DNA of 64,000 nucleotides from Orbicella franksi (lineage: Eukaryota), in NCBI GenBank assembly GCA_964199315.1, contig OZ116702.1, positions 32,674,001 through 32,738,000 on the forward strand, written 5' to 3'. The notes under the pieces are model-generated. The model saw nothing but the letters and a program-made list of their open reading frames with translations, ran no database searches and was not told the DNA's origin. Numbering within the stretch: position 1 is the first letter of the stretch; each line of letters opens with the position of its first letter. The translations under genes were made by a program, and so were the position numbers. Positions 50,013 to 62,450 of this stretch are shown here, one piece after another.

Positions 50013-53000
50013 TTAATTTAATGTCAAGTTTACGAGGTTAGAATTGATGTATGACATTTCCCAGCACTCTTGACAATAGGGATTTCTTCTGGAGTGGAAT
50101 ATTCTAAATCCTTGTCTCTCAAGCCATTTTGCTATACTGTAGTACCGTCGCAGAGATTCTGGAGTGTGTATGATCACGTGATACTCTACCTCGAGTTGCC
50201 TTACGTACTTTCGTAAAGTTCCTTCAGCCAGCATGTGACGTAAGCACTTCCATTCATCAGATTCGATGTCTATTTTCAAAATGTCGATTTCTCTCTGTGG
50301 GAAAAAAAAGTTAGTCAAAGTAAAGATGAGACCTTCTCAACAACTTAATTTCCTTTGACTGACTGACTGCCTGCATGACTGCCTGAACATCTGACTGACT
50401 GGCTGCCTGACAGGCAAACTGTCAGACTGTCAGACTGCCAGACTGCCAGGTTGCTAGACTGCCAGCACGCCTGACTGACTGGCTGCCTGACTGCCAGACT
50501 GCCAGACTGCCTGCCGTACTGACTGTTCGTCTGACTGTCAGGCAACCTGAGAACCTGACTGCTAGACTGTCTACTTTACTGACTGACTGACTGACTGACT
50601 GACCGCCCTCCTGACTAACTGCCTGTCTAACTGATTTTCTGACCACTTGTTCATCACCTGAGCGTGTCCTAGATCCTGTATGATTGCCGCCAGTGTTCTT
50701 GTTTTCCACGTGCTCTTGTCAAGCGTGTCTGCAGAGAGAGGATTTTTGGCTCCTTCTTGATTAACATCTGACAGTCCAAGGTTGTAGAACATCACGCCAG
50801 TGCTGTGATCATGATCTTCCTTTCCCATGGAAGGATCAAACGCTGACACTGTGCAACCGTATTCGGCCATCTTTTCGTCGAAGGAAAAATCGTATCCTGT
50901 TCTATAAGAAGTAATAGTAGGAAAAACTTTGGATTAAAGGTGTTACAATCTAACCGTTATAATCTCAGTACCCTAGGGATTGTGGGGGCAGGGGAGGGGG
51001 TGTCAGGGCCTTATGTATCTTGAAATGAGGTGTTAGGAGGGTCACTACTCCCCCCGGATGGAAATAAGACTATCGTAGTGTTGCCAGTGTTGTCACGTTG
51101 ACCTAACAATTTACCTGTACCCATTTCACACATCTGGGTGGAAAGAGAGGCCTATCGTGAGAGCAAAGCTGTCTTGCTCAAGAACGCAATACAGTGAGCA
51201 GCTTGACCAGGGCTTAAACCTGCACCTCTCGATTGGAAGTATGACGCCTTAGTTATGTCTTTCCCCATCCCCTCTCTCTTCGTTAGACCCAATAGTCAAA
51301 CAAATGTTTGAGTAGAAGCATATTTCGAATGTGCCCGAAGGACCGAAAATTATACGTGTATGCTATTGAAAACACAATTTAGGATCAGTAAAGGGTTTAT
51401 TCGCGTTCGCGCTGTTGTTGGAAGTAAACTGTTATTTAACGGCGCGCTCTTAAAATGGAACTACCATTATTAGGCTAAAATCGTTTGTCATCTTGGAAAA
51501 AAATCTTCTATTAGTCATAATTCTCTTACCCAAATGAGTATACGACACACCATCCTGGATTTAACTCAACTTCCTCGTCAAAGCAAACGTACCACATGCC
51601 ATCAGGACCCATCGGGCGAGGGGCTCCATGAGGTCCCTGCGGTAAGCCCCCTATGCGGCGTACGTCAGCGCACACGGCACCCTGAGTTGAAAGGGTCTTC
51701 ATGAGCCTCTTCATTTCGTTCCCAGAGGGAGGTTCCTCGACATACGTAAATATGCTTGCTGTTGGTAGCGGAGATCTAGGCGTCTCAGAAGGCTTAAACA
51801 ACGGAAATGAGCTTCCTTCGTATCCTGATAGGCCAGTCGTATTCTTGAATCCTGTGTTATAAGATCATGATAAACCTTATTTTGCTTTGGCTTTTGTTTT
51901 ATAGCAATCACTAGAAAATCCTTTTAATGGCAGTTGTAATATAAAGCAAGACCACAATAATCTTTGCATGATCAACTCCAGCCGAACCTAGCGCAGGAAA
52001 ATATGTAACCGGAGGCAAGCGCGGGAAAATACACAAAAACCAGGTCACGAGTGGTTTTCGTCTACTTCTGATTGGCTGAAAAAAGAAAGAAAGTTGGCTC
52101 TGATTCGCTACAGTACGTTGCATGTTCATGGTAAGCCGAGAGGAAACAAACAATGTACAGGAAAAAAAACTCTCGAATGGTCTTCTTTTGATTTCTTCGC
52201 GTAGCGCTCTCACCACCGCCTTTCTGTCTGCAAGCAACTCGATTGAAGTACGAAGTTCGAAAAGAAATCTTTTAAAACTTTTTACACTTTTACACGGTCT
52301 TAGCACTCAAATTATACGTTGTTTCTTTCGTTGACCTTCAAACTTACCGATAGTTTCTTCGTTGCTTCTTCTCGTCTCATAAACATTGCCACTCAAAAAC
52401 AGGTGGACCTGGTAAATAACGGAAAGATCAGACAATGTAATTTACTTAAAGAAACTAGTGATTTTGAGGAGCTTGAAGCTTGAACGTTAGTGCTGAATTT
52501 TAATCCTTACATCGCAAAATAAACACAACTGAATAACTCTCCTTTCCGGCTTCGAAGATATAGCTCAGTCCTGAAAGGTTTTCGCGGATTATCCTACGAT
52601 ATACCAGTCGCATAAAGAGGTTGTTTATTTACAAGACAGTGCTTAATTTGTCTGGACGGGGTTAAAAACGGATAATAAATTACATCAAAATATTTAAAAT
52701 TCTCTCTTCATCCGTTTAATTCTCATTACAACACGCGGAGTCTGAACTAGAAATCGAGAAATTACCCACAATATTTTGGCCCAACGTAGGCTTGTAGCAG
52801 GGTGATGTTTGTTCGTAGATTTCGGGGTACATCAAGTGAAATTCCTCCGAGACATATTCGCATTCCTGCTCAGACTGTTCTTTGTTCGTATTATCCTTGT
52901 ATAAATATAAGTTTCAAAGTCAACCAAGTTTTGTTACAATAAACAAGTTAAGAGGAAAACAGCAAACTTCCCGATCAAGTTCAGGTAGGCAACGCTTGTT

Positions 53001-53437
53001 TTAAGGGAGCGTCATTATCAGTTATTTTGAAGTTATTCTGACAAATTTTCTCCGTATTTCTGTAAAAAATTTGACCTCCTGCCCGTCCTTCAAATCAGAC
53101 GAGTCTCACGTTCAGGACGGTTTTCCGTCTCTATTATGAAATCGGCAGTTCTCGTTCATCATACCCCATCCTGCTCAAAATACTGTACGGTCATGTTACG
53201 ACACTACAATGCTCACCAACTTGAAAAAACAACCAAGTACAAATCATATTCAAGTTAGCTTAGCCCGAGGTCTGCGATGACACTACACAAAACTTACGGA
53301 GAACTGTAATTAATTGTAATTAGGATTACACTCACCATGCTGGGGGGAGGGGCTAGTAACATGGTTATGACTGCAATAGACACCATTACACAGCCCACAA
53401 TCCATCGTCGACGGCGATAATAGCGATCAAGAAACAT
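50013..53437 (-). CDS. METTL24: Methyltransferase-like protein 24 family (Methyltransf_22/FkbM-like), type II membrane protein, 5 exons
   Basis: Phase-consistent exons: 53437-53336, 52408-52348, 51851-51530, 50901-50658, 50294-50013. N-terminal RRRRW plus a TM anchor. Motifs RRIGG...DGMWYVC, CVVYSFG.GYDFSFD, GCTVSAFDPS, IDILKIDIE..EW, RQLEVEYH. The symbol marks the family; one-to-one orthology is not established. Confidence 0.85.
50355..50635. repeat. Degenerate (GACT/GCCT)n simple repeat in an intron
   Basis: Runs of ctga/ctgcc/gact tetramers. Confidence 0.85.
51030..51250 (-). mobile_element. Decayed tRNA-derived SINE
   Basis: The minus strand has a B-box-like ggtttaagccctgg, then gttcttgagcaagac and ccacccagatgtgtgaaatgggtac. 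Confidence 0.6.
51985..52110. repeat. gcgcgggaaaa-type dispersed repeat
   Basis: The units agcgcaggaaaat and agcgcgggaaaat are related to the array at 57240-57500. Confidence 0.5.
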
Positions 53438-53804
53438 GCTGCGGAATAAATGGCAATAACAAAAAAAATATGAAAACCTTTAAGCGCGTACGGGGCGTTG
53501 ATAAAACACCCTGAGGGTTGTCATGTCACGGACATGTCACGGATCCTTGGCCGTCACTGTTTTACTCTACCTATATATGTCCTTCGTACGAGCGTTCTTT
53601 CCCATCCAAACAAGGGCGAAGCTAAAACCACGCAATTACGTTTTTGACTTCGCGTGTTTTCTTGTACTTAGCGCGAGATGAAGAAATTCCAATTACGCCA
53701 CCCCGGCGCAAAGGGTCACAGAAACCCATAAAATGGGGACTTTAGTGCCACATGGCTTAAAGAGGTCTAACGGAGTAATTAGTACGTTGTTTTCATGAGT
53801 TTTA

Positions 53805-54218
53805 GGCCCCGTTCAACACTACACCGTGGGGAATTTAAAAACAGAGCTTTCACTCTGAAAACGCCGGAGGAGTTTAAAAGCGCAACAATAACCGGTCATT
53901 TTGAATTTGTGGTTAAGGAAACCTCGGTCAATGAAATCACGTTATTATCGTGATGTCATGATCGCTTACGAAAAGCTTCGTTTTCAAAATGTTTTCTGTC
54001 CACACTAAAACACAGAGTCGGCGTTTTCAAATTCCTCCGGTTTGAAGGGCGTTTTCGAAAAGCTCCGTTTTCGTGACGGATCAGTGTGGACGGTAGGCCT
54101 AACCGTAGAAATAAAGCTCCGTTTTCGTGACGGATTAGTGTGGACGGGAGGCCTAACCGTAGAAATAAAGCTGCGTTTTCAAATTCCTCCGGCGTGGTGT
54201 GGACAGGCGTTAGGGGCG
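53805..54218. mobile_element. PIF/Harbinger-like MITE family A, copy 3 (near full length, internal 54-bp duplication)
   Basis: TTA-ggccccgtt...cacta start and gtgtggacaggcg end; gtgtggacgg(t/g)aggcctaaccgtagaaataaagct occurs twice. Confidence 0.8.
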
Positions 54219-56105
54219 CAAGCATTTGCACTGAAGTGAGAGTACCTACATGGCCGGCATAGCTGGCGGGATTTCCGAGGTGTGAAGGGTTTTTTTTTTT
54301 TTCGGCGGCGGAGTTTTCGCAAGGTGCGTACTCGCCGCAAAAGAAATCTGGAAATCCCGCCAAACAGCCCAGGTTGTGTGGCAGATCGATAGAGGTCTGT
54401 TATATTGCATTAGTAAAGCATGTTATACTTAGCAAAAATAAAAACAAAGTGGTGTGCATATAACATTGGAAGTTTCTTTCCAAAGATTTGGATAAATAGT
54501 ATCTTCCTTCATCTCTCCCTTTGGGGTGATTGCTGTTGTTTTCATTAAGAAGTCATCACAAAGCTTTTTGCCCAGGACAACACGAGCGATAACTGTTGCT
54601 GTAACTTACCTTTGATTGTTTTGGTGCTCAAACCAAGTTTTATAATCCTTTCATTTCAATTTCTCTGATTTCTATTTTCTGTGCCACGTGCCCAAGCTCG
54701 ATTTCCTTAACTGTTATGCCCTCCGTGGACGTGTTTCGGCTGAAAATGACGCACCAAACCCGGCTTCCTTCACGCGAGCTCTCGGATCCCGCTAGAAATA
54801 TTCACAAATCTCTCTTCCAGATAAGTAGCCTTAAGCAGTCAGTAGTTAGTCTGCAGCGACGGTAGTCCCAGCTTGATCAGTAACAAAGGCTGTGTTTAGC
54901 AACTGAAAAGACAGGTTTGGCAGGCCGCGGAGCTCAAAGGATTTCTCCGGTCCTTTGTTTAAAGTAAAATGGCACCTGTACCATCAAATGTTGTCAATCG
55001 CAAACAAAGAGAGAACAGAACAAGACCAGCAGACATTCAGTCTAACAACAGGTGCCATTGAGAAGAAAGCTACTGTAAAAGTACTATCCATATTTTTCAT
55101 TTTTTTTGTGTTTTTGTTTTTCAATTTTCCCTAAGTTATACGTTGTTATTAAACTTCTGGAAAATTCACTGACTGCTGATTGCGAGGCGTTAAAATACAT
55201 TTCTCTACATTGCTTTACTTCAGGGTTTCTGCTAGGTCACGTTCACCATAATGTGAATCAAAACGATGCGCTTTTTGCACCGAAAACACATCACAAACTT
55301 CGCATCCACACCACCGTACGTTTTCATAGTTTTCTCCGTCTACACTAAAACACTCGAAAAAGATGATACGCCATAGAAGGACGTCATCACCGTCAATTGA
55401 AAACGAACATGTGATCGTTTTGAAAGCCTCTATTGTTGTTGACAAAATTAATACGATAGGGGCCCTTCTTCAAATGTCTTTACTCTCGACAGTGTTTCAG
55501 CTCGTTTTAGTGTGCACCGGTGAGTGGGTGAGTGCAAATGCAACAAACATGTTTTCAAACGACAGGACAGTTTTTAAAGTTCGATAAGTCTGTTCCAATT
55601 CAGTTGAACCTGCAGTCCACATTATGTTTTTAATGCAAGGACATCAAGTCCATCCCCCGTCCCCAGCTAGAAGATTTCTCAAGATCTAGAAGACTCCTCT
55701 ATTTAGTATGTTACTAATGAGGCATTTTTATTTAAGATATTATTCTCAAGTTTGTAGCTTATCTAAAAATGTTAAAATGTACAGGCTTTTGATTGCTGTT
55801 ACTTATTACTTGACAAAACATTTTGTTGTGAAAATATTTCTCTTATGGCCATTGACCACACTAACTGAGCAGTGCTTTGCATCAGGTTAGCATAATTATG
55901 GTATATAAAAGCATATTTACACTGAAATTATCAATATTATTATATTAACTGGTAATTAGCTTGACACTTCATGCAGTTAAACTGAAATATTTAATTTTTT
56001 TTAAAGAGACCATCTTTTAAGTTGGCCACTGATTTGTACCAGGTCAGGATAACAAAATCCAAAAATATTATGTCCATTATATTATAAATCTGGTAAACAA
56101 TTTCT

Positions 56106-56483
56106 TTATTTAGCACGGATATTCCAATATTCATCAGAGTCATTTTCCACCTCTTCAGGCATGTGCAGTAAGGTAATGATGACGTCATCATCTCTTTTCT
56201 GGAACAACATTTTGCCTTCAAAGTGAACCAAGTTCTGTTTCCGAGCCCGCAGTAACATTCCTACTACTTTATTCGATATTCTGGTGTATCTTTCAAACAA
56301 GCGACCAAAAGTGACGCAGACAGTTCCATCTGGTTGCTCACGACCCATCTGTAAAATAACTCTGCATAAATCTCTCACTTCCTGACTGATGTGGGCACCG
56401 GCGAATCGTCCACGAGCTTCTGTTTTCGACCCTGCTAAAGGGCGTCCATATTCTCGGCTATGCCGGCTTGGAGGAGCTGCCAT
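56106..56483 (-). CDS. ABRA: Actin-binding Rho-activating protein (STARS)-like, Costars domain, 125 aa
   Basis: YGRPLAGSKTE.RG, VTFGRLFERYTRISNKVVGMLLRARK..LVHFEG.ML.Q.RDDDV.ITLL matches the ABRA C-terminus. The YGRP block distinguishes it from ABRACL. Confidence 0.9.
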   Translation of the reverse strand: MAAPPSRHSREYGRPLAGSKTEARGRFAGAHISQEVRDLCRVILQMGREQPDGTVCVTFGRLFERYTRISNKVVGMLLRARKQNLVHFEGKMLFQKRDDDVIITLLHMPEEVENDSDEYWNIRAK

Positions 56484-57094
56484 TTTCCTGACGAGTTAAA
56501 TCACACTTTACTTTCACAAACTTCGACATGCAAAGTTTGGAAAATTTGCAAGGCAATACGCTCAAGGGTGAAGGCCATTTCATACTGTCAGTTGATTACC
56601 CAGACGTTTCCTTAATTCATCCTTTTAGTTTCAAGGGAACACATCAAGGAAAATAAGATAAATACGTTACAAAAACAGATCTCCTTGAATTGCTGTTTAT
56701 TACTTCAGCAGATCGAAGTCTGTTCCTCTGTCTGGATGTCTTAATGCTCCCATAAAGAACATAAGCTGTCCTAACTTACTTACGATCTATTTACCTTTCC
56801 AATGAATGATCGAGTCACTTCAGGTGAAGCTCTGTCGTTCCTGAAGTTTTGAACAGAACGACGAACAGAGGAGAACTACACAATCGTCCGCCATCTTTGT
56901 TTGTTGTAACTGCCTCGTTCCCAATCCTCTGTGCGTGCAATCAGCGGTCCCGTCTTGGAGGAGAGTCCCTGCGAACAGAGCGCCTTTTTCGATCTCCCTA
57001 AGAAGGGAATCCTCTTACCGATTTTCCTAGAAAGATCAACGGAGACTCTGTTCGCAGGGTAAGGTCTATTTGGTGGCCTATTTCATGGCAGCGG

Positions 57095-57104
57095 CCAATT
57101 TTGG
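57095..57104. promoter_or_regulatory. CArG box (SRF site) upstream of the ABRA-like gene
   Basis: CCAATTTTGG is an exact CC(A/T)6GG, about 610 bp 5' of the ATG. Confidence 0.4.
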
Positions 57105-57239
57105 ATGACAGATATTTAGCTACGGTGATCATAGTTCGATGTGTTCTATGACCAATAAGAGAAAGGGCCAATCACGTCGCGAATGAAATCTAAGCCATGA
57201 TAATGATCTTTCATTTATTCACTTGCAATTCAAGTCAGT

Positions 57240-57500
57240 TGTGATATGGGCTTAACGGTTTTTTTTTTTTTCACGCTTAGCGTCGGTTTCTTGTGTTTTC
57301 CCGTTCTTGGCGTAGGTATTTTTTTTGTGTTTTCCCGCGCTAGGCGCAGTCTTTTTGTGTGTATTTTTTTTTGTTTGTATTTTCCCGTACTTGGCGCAGG
57401 TATGTTTTTTTGTTTTCTTGCCCTTGGCATCGGCTCTAAGTTGTTTTTCAGCGGTTCGCGCCAATTGCATATTTTTAGGTACTTGCTGTCGGCTAAATTA
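57240..57500. repeat. Degenerate tandem repeat (ttttcccgcgct/tggcg units)
   Basis: Repeated ttttcccg(c/t)..ttggcg units of about 35-45 bp; these generate spurious Lys- or Phe-rich ORFs. Confidence 0.65.
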
Positions 57501-57809
57501 TTTTTGGTTCAAATCTGATTAGTTTATTACACCAGAGTCAGCTATCGACGGAATGCTTCTTTCTCTGATTACGGTCAGTTTCTACAACAAGTGTAGGATC
57601 ATACAATGGAGAAAACACTAGGCACTTTATCCATAAGGGATCTTTACAGAAGAGATGCTCTTATAAACGTTTTAGGCTGTAAACTATGAGAACTTTCAGT
57701 GCAAATATAAGTTTTTCGACATATATAATAACAGCTAGTTTCATGAATGATCAACCGAGGCTATTCCTGTTTCAAATACCGTCTTTCTGGTGCACTAGAA
57801 ATCCAGGGC

Positions 57810-59756
57810 TTACTTATTTTCTTCACTTTGAGCCAGTGAAGCCTTCAGAAAATCTCTAGGAATGCTGACCACCGTGCGCTGAAGGTGTACTGTAGCTCGA
57901 GGCATGTCGTTTTCCATTCCCCACTCGTTCGATTCCGCTGAGTAACTCTCTACACTTTTGAAACTCTCTCCATTGCAGCTTCTTCCGAACACGTAAATCC
58001 TTCCACTAACAGTGGCTACACCCGCAGCGAATCTCGGGATATGCATACTGGCAATTTGAGTCCAGACTCTTGCGCGCGTGTCATACATTTCACAGGAACT
58101 CAATGCGTTGTGTCCGAGAATATCTGTGCTTCCACCGAGCACGAAAAGTTTATTTTGGATGGCGACGCAGCAAGCGAAAGCTCTGGCGGTATTGAGAGAA
58201 ACTATCGCATCCCAGCGATTCTATATACTATATATATCTTCTTGTTCTTTTTTTAAAGTACAATTTTATGAATAGCTGTATTTTATATGTAAATGCTGAT
58301 CGCCAGTTAATACCAGTGATCCAGTGATCACTGTTTGGCGTTTCAGGTTAAATAAAGTCTTTTACTTTTTATTCTCCTTCGGGTCGTACATTTCGGCGGT
58401 GTTAAGAAATTCGCCGTTTTCTTGTAGTCCACCAAACGCAAACACATGGTCTTTTTCTGCGACCGCACAGAGCGCGCATCGACTGGAACCAAGTGGAGCG
58501 ATCATCTCCAAAGTGTCCGTTTCAGGAAAATAATTCTGAACATCTTTTAATGCTTTATTGTCACTTCCACCGACAACATAAAGACATCCAGAGTGAACTG
58601 CTACTACTGGGAATGCCGCTCGCTTCTTTAAACTCGCAACAGACCACCATTTGTTTGTTTTCACGTCTAGTCTCTCAACAGCAGACGTGGCGCGGTCGCT
58701 GAAAACCTGCTTAGTTTCGTCATAAAATCTCCCACGATATAAACAAAGTCGTTACACTCGGTTATTCCATGACCCCAACGTTTGCAGAGTAGGGAATCTT
58801 CTGCTTCTGTCAAAACAGGTGCCAACTGATACCAGATACGTTCGAGCGTGTTGTAGCAGAGAGTCGAAGACGTGGAACCCTCCTGATAAATCCCTCCGCA
58901 GTTTATGACTAATTGCACGTCCCATTGAAGGCATTTTCTGGGCGTAATGGGTGGAGTCGCTTCCAAACTGTCCGGGGACATTAGAGAAAGGACTTTCATA
59001 GCATTCAGTAGAATATCAATGCATGATCTATTGGCTTTAACAAGGTCTTCTCCAACAATTGTATGGAGGTAGTGGTTAGACACGGAAGTCAATCGAATGT
59101 GTTGAAAAAGCCGAGAAAAGTGAATGCTTCGAGTTTTAGCGTCGTGTTTGACCCAGTTAAGTGTTTGCCTCGTTAACATCTTCCTCTCGGTCTATAACGA
59201 TGCCATCGTCTGAAATAAACTCTTCTATTTGCCCAGAGGTGAGTCTCAGAAAAGCTTCTGTTTTGGACACTTGCCTAAAGTTTTCGTTGATGAAGGCCTT
59301 CGAAACTGTTCTCAGATTTAAACAACGGTTTTTATCTGCAAATTGAAAAGTTCTCACACTGTTTTCTAGATCAAGTTCGTTTTGGAAAAACTCGCAGCCT
59401 AAATCCTTGAGTCTAACGAGGTCCAAAATAATGGCAGCTCTGATTGAGCCTTGGACATTTGATGACGTTAACTCCACGAATCCTGTGTACAAATACTGCA
59501 ATAATTCTTCTGTAACGTTCAGCGAGACTTCAGGAAGCACAGCAGAAACTTTCTATTTCTTTTTCTTGTGGCCTTGCTGTGCCAAGAGCTTTCAAAAGTA
59601 TGAGCTGTTAGCGGCGAGAATGTTACGGTGGGCGTAAAATTTCTGTCCTTCGACTAGCAGCGTCGCGTGACAGTAGATTTGGTCTTTCCGAAAATTATTT
59701 AAGGCTTTAGCCAAGTTTCCTGAGTAAGATGAGGATTCCTTTTCTTCCCGTGCCAT
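57810..59756 (-). pseudogene. Kelch-like (BTB-BACK-Kelch) pseudogene
   Basis: ATG at 59756. BTB domain (FYAHRNILAANSSYF) with in-frame stops at 59594-59592 (TGA) and 59555-59553 (TAG). Frameshifts near 59165 and 58670, Kelch repeats (LYVVGG, VFAFGG, LFVLGG) and an insertion at 58223-58370. Confidence 0.85.
58218..58375 (+). mobile_element. 5'-truncated retroelement 3' end inserted in the Kelch gene
   Basis: 148-bp insert ending ...cgtttcaggttaaataaagtcttttacttttt, flanked by a 5-bp direct repeat ATTCT (58218-58222 and 58371-58375). Removing it restores YDPKE-NRWDAIVSL. Confidence 0.7.
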
Positions 59757-62228
59757 TTTGAGACAACACTTTTCAAGGTAAAAATATTTCAGATCTCGAT
59801 GACCTAGCGGGCTGTAATCACCTAACGATATCTATTCAGGTACAGCGCAACACAAACAAATAACTTCACATTATGTTTCGACAAAAACGTAATTACTCTT
59901 GCGTATTAAAAAAATGTTTTACAAAGTTATTTGTAATTTGAATTGTTTTCAGATTTTGTCTCTGTGAAAAAGAGTTTAATAGAAGTACAATTGTCGAACA
60001 GTTAACTGGCTATTTCATTTTTCAAATATTCTGCATTCGCGAAAAAAGGTTTAATTAGCTGTCATAATTCTTTCTCAAGTAGACACTTTAACAATTTAAT
60101 CCTAAAAGTCACAGTCGCCATAATCCTCAGGGGTTTCATTCAACAAGGAAATAAATACCTAGTGTCTCTCTTTTTCCAAGTTATTTATTTATCCGTAAAA
60201 GTGGATTAAGGCGAAAAGTGGGGAGCTTTTGTTCGGAAACGTAATCGATTTTTGTGTTGACGCAAAGCAACAAATAGCTGAAGCGTGAAGTTTGAAACGT
60301 GACTTGGAAGTAATCTTCTGGGCAAAGACCAAAACGCGTATGCAATTAACAGCTTACAATGCTTAAAGTTGGTTCACGCAGGTCAATCTTTAAACCCTGA
60401 AAAAAAGAATATTACATTGACAAAGGGACTTATATGTTGCACATAAGCAGCAAAGTGTTTTCATGGCTTCGGTCATCACCACTCCCTTGTCAAGACTTTC
60501 GTTCTACTGAAACTCTCAAGCCGCTGAAGGCGGCACGAAATTTCTCATTTAATTTAGCTTCCTTGGCTCGTTATCCAAAACTTAGCAGTATATTAAGGAA
60601 TAAACGTTGCGAATCACTTAAAGCATTCTAGTTGAGTCTGAGCAATTTTTTTTTGTTTATTAAAAAATACAGGTCCGCAATGCATACATTAGCTCTATTT
60701 TCGCTAAATTGTGCCGTCGCCAATAAATAAAAAATTGCATCAGCCAACACAATGACTAACACAACTGCGGAGGAATTTTAAATTTAGTTTAGGCATATTC
60801 ACTTATAGCTGATATCTTTTATCTTTCGAGGACATTCCGTTATTCTAGCCTGGAATATAGTCTCGTGACGCCATAGAATCTTGGAGTATTCAAGGCACAC
60901 GACATACCTGATTCACACTTGGAGTATTTAAGTTTATATGAGCATGGACAAGTGATGTATTCAAGTCGAATACGGACTCAAGAATCCAAGAGTATTTCGG
61001 TAAAGCGCACGCAATATACGTGATGTCCTCGTGGAAAATTCAAGAGTATTCAAGGATGCACACTTGACGTATTCGAGTTGAATTGCGTAGGATTCTAATA
61101 GAGTATTGGAGATGTGCCCGCCCGCTTGGCCAATTCGTATTTGGCCCAGTTCGGACTTGAACATTTGGCTTTTTGCGCAAGCTGAATTTCTCTCATCCTC
61201 AGCTGTAACACGAACTACGCGGACCACAGACGCCTATCTCGATTTTTCCTCTTTTCACTACAAACATCAATCGCTTCTCCAAACAACCATAAGGTATATA
61301 AGCATTAACACCGTAAAGGAATTGAACATCATTGGAATGCGCAAGTCAACAGGTTGCGTATCACGGTCCCTATTGGAAGTTAAGATTATTCTGGGCGTTT
61401 CTTTAGCTCCTTAATATCCACATCATGAACAACGCAAAAATTCCTTAGTTTGTTTGTAACCTACGGTATGCAACAACTGCGCAGGCGTACTGGTAATCTG
61501 TTCAAGTAAATGATGGAGTCTTGCTGAAGACTTCAGCTATTCAGTTCTTTTTTCAGACGCAGACATTGTTTCCCTGCAGGAATGATTTGCCATGCAGTAA
61601 ATGCTCAGTTCAAGCCGTATGTCTGCTATTCAGAAAACTCGCCTGACCTAGAATGAGTGGTTCATGGCAAAAGTCCACGCATAAAATAACTTTGCGGGAC
61701 TCAGCACCATTTACAGCATTCTAATCACTCTTTGCCTTAAAAGAGTATTAACACTAAGCCATAACAGCAACACAGAAGTCTAGATGTCTCGGAAGGGCCT
61801 TCGTCTGCCAATTCCTTTGCGAAACTTTAATTGATGTAGTATTCGAGGTCTCGACTGAGTCGCAAAGAATTCTTTTAATTCTAAAAGCGGGAACTTTGTT
61901 TTATTGCGGTTTTTGGTATTACTGGAAAAGTTCAAAGTTTAGGTGCAAAGTTTGCTCCTAGATCGACAGTTTCATTTTATTAGAATTACTACGTCGTCAA
62001 TAGGCGTGGCCTGTTTTAGCGCCGTGAGAAAAAAACTGCTTCTCGCCGTTGTTTTGTAAGTTGTCTAACATGTGTGGGCCCTTACGCTTTTCATAATTTA
62101 ACCCTTTAGATTTTAGGGTCAATCCCGATTCAATTAAAGCGCTTCTTATTTTTAAATCCGAGGTTAAAATGCTACTGTGTGTTCAAGCTATTTGAAAAGC
62201 AATATTTATACATTCTTGTGCTACTTTT

Positions 62229-62450
62229 TGTACAAGGTAGTACTAGCTTTTAAGTCTGTGGATGAAACCCTAGTGAAAGCTATTGGGTAGCACTTTCATG
62301 TGGTACTGTTTATTATGCTGTACAAGGTGGCTCTAACTTTTAAGTCTATGGATGAAACCCTAGTGTGTGACCATTCAAATGAAAGCTATTGAGCAGTCCT
62401 TTCATGTGGTACTGTTTATTATGCTGTACAAGGTGGTTCTACATTTCAAG
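62229..62450. repeat. About 106-bp tandem repeat (about 2.3 units)
   Basis: tgtacaagg recurs at 62229, 62319 and 62425; the unit contains ggatgaaaccctagtg...gaaagctattg...tttcatgtggtactgtttattatgc. Confidence 0.8.

Noticed and set aside
50345-50709. Ser/Gln-rich ORFs
   Set aside because: Translations of the (GACT)n simple repeat inside a METTL24-like intron.
51711-52306. Overlapping ORFs upstream of the METTL24-like exon (apparent frameshift)
   Set aside because: Resolved by the acceptor at 51852-51853 and the exon at 52408-52348; no frameshift is needed.
57230-57522. Lys-rich and Phe-rich ORFs
   Set aside because: Products of a degenerate tandem repeat on both strands.
62229-62450. CRISPR-like repeat array
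   Set aside because: The whole ~106-bp unit is repeated with no unique spacers, there are no cas genes, and the context is eukaryotic.
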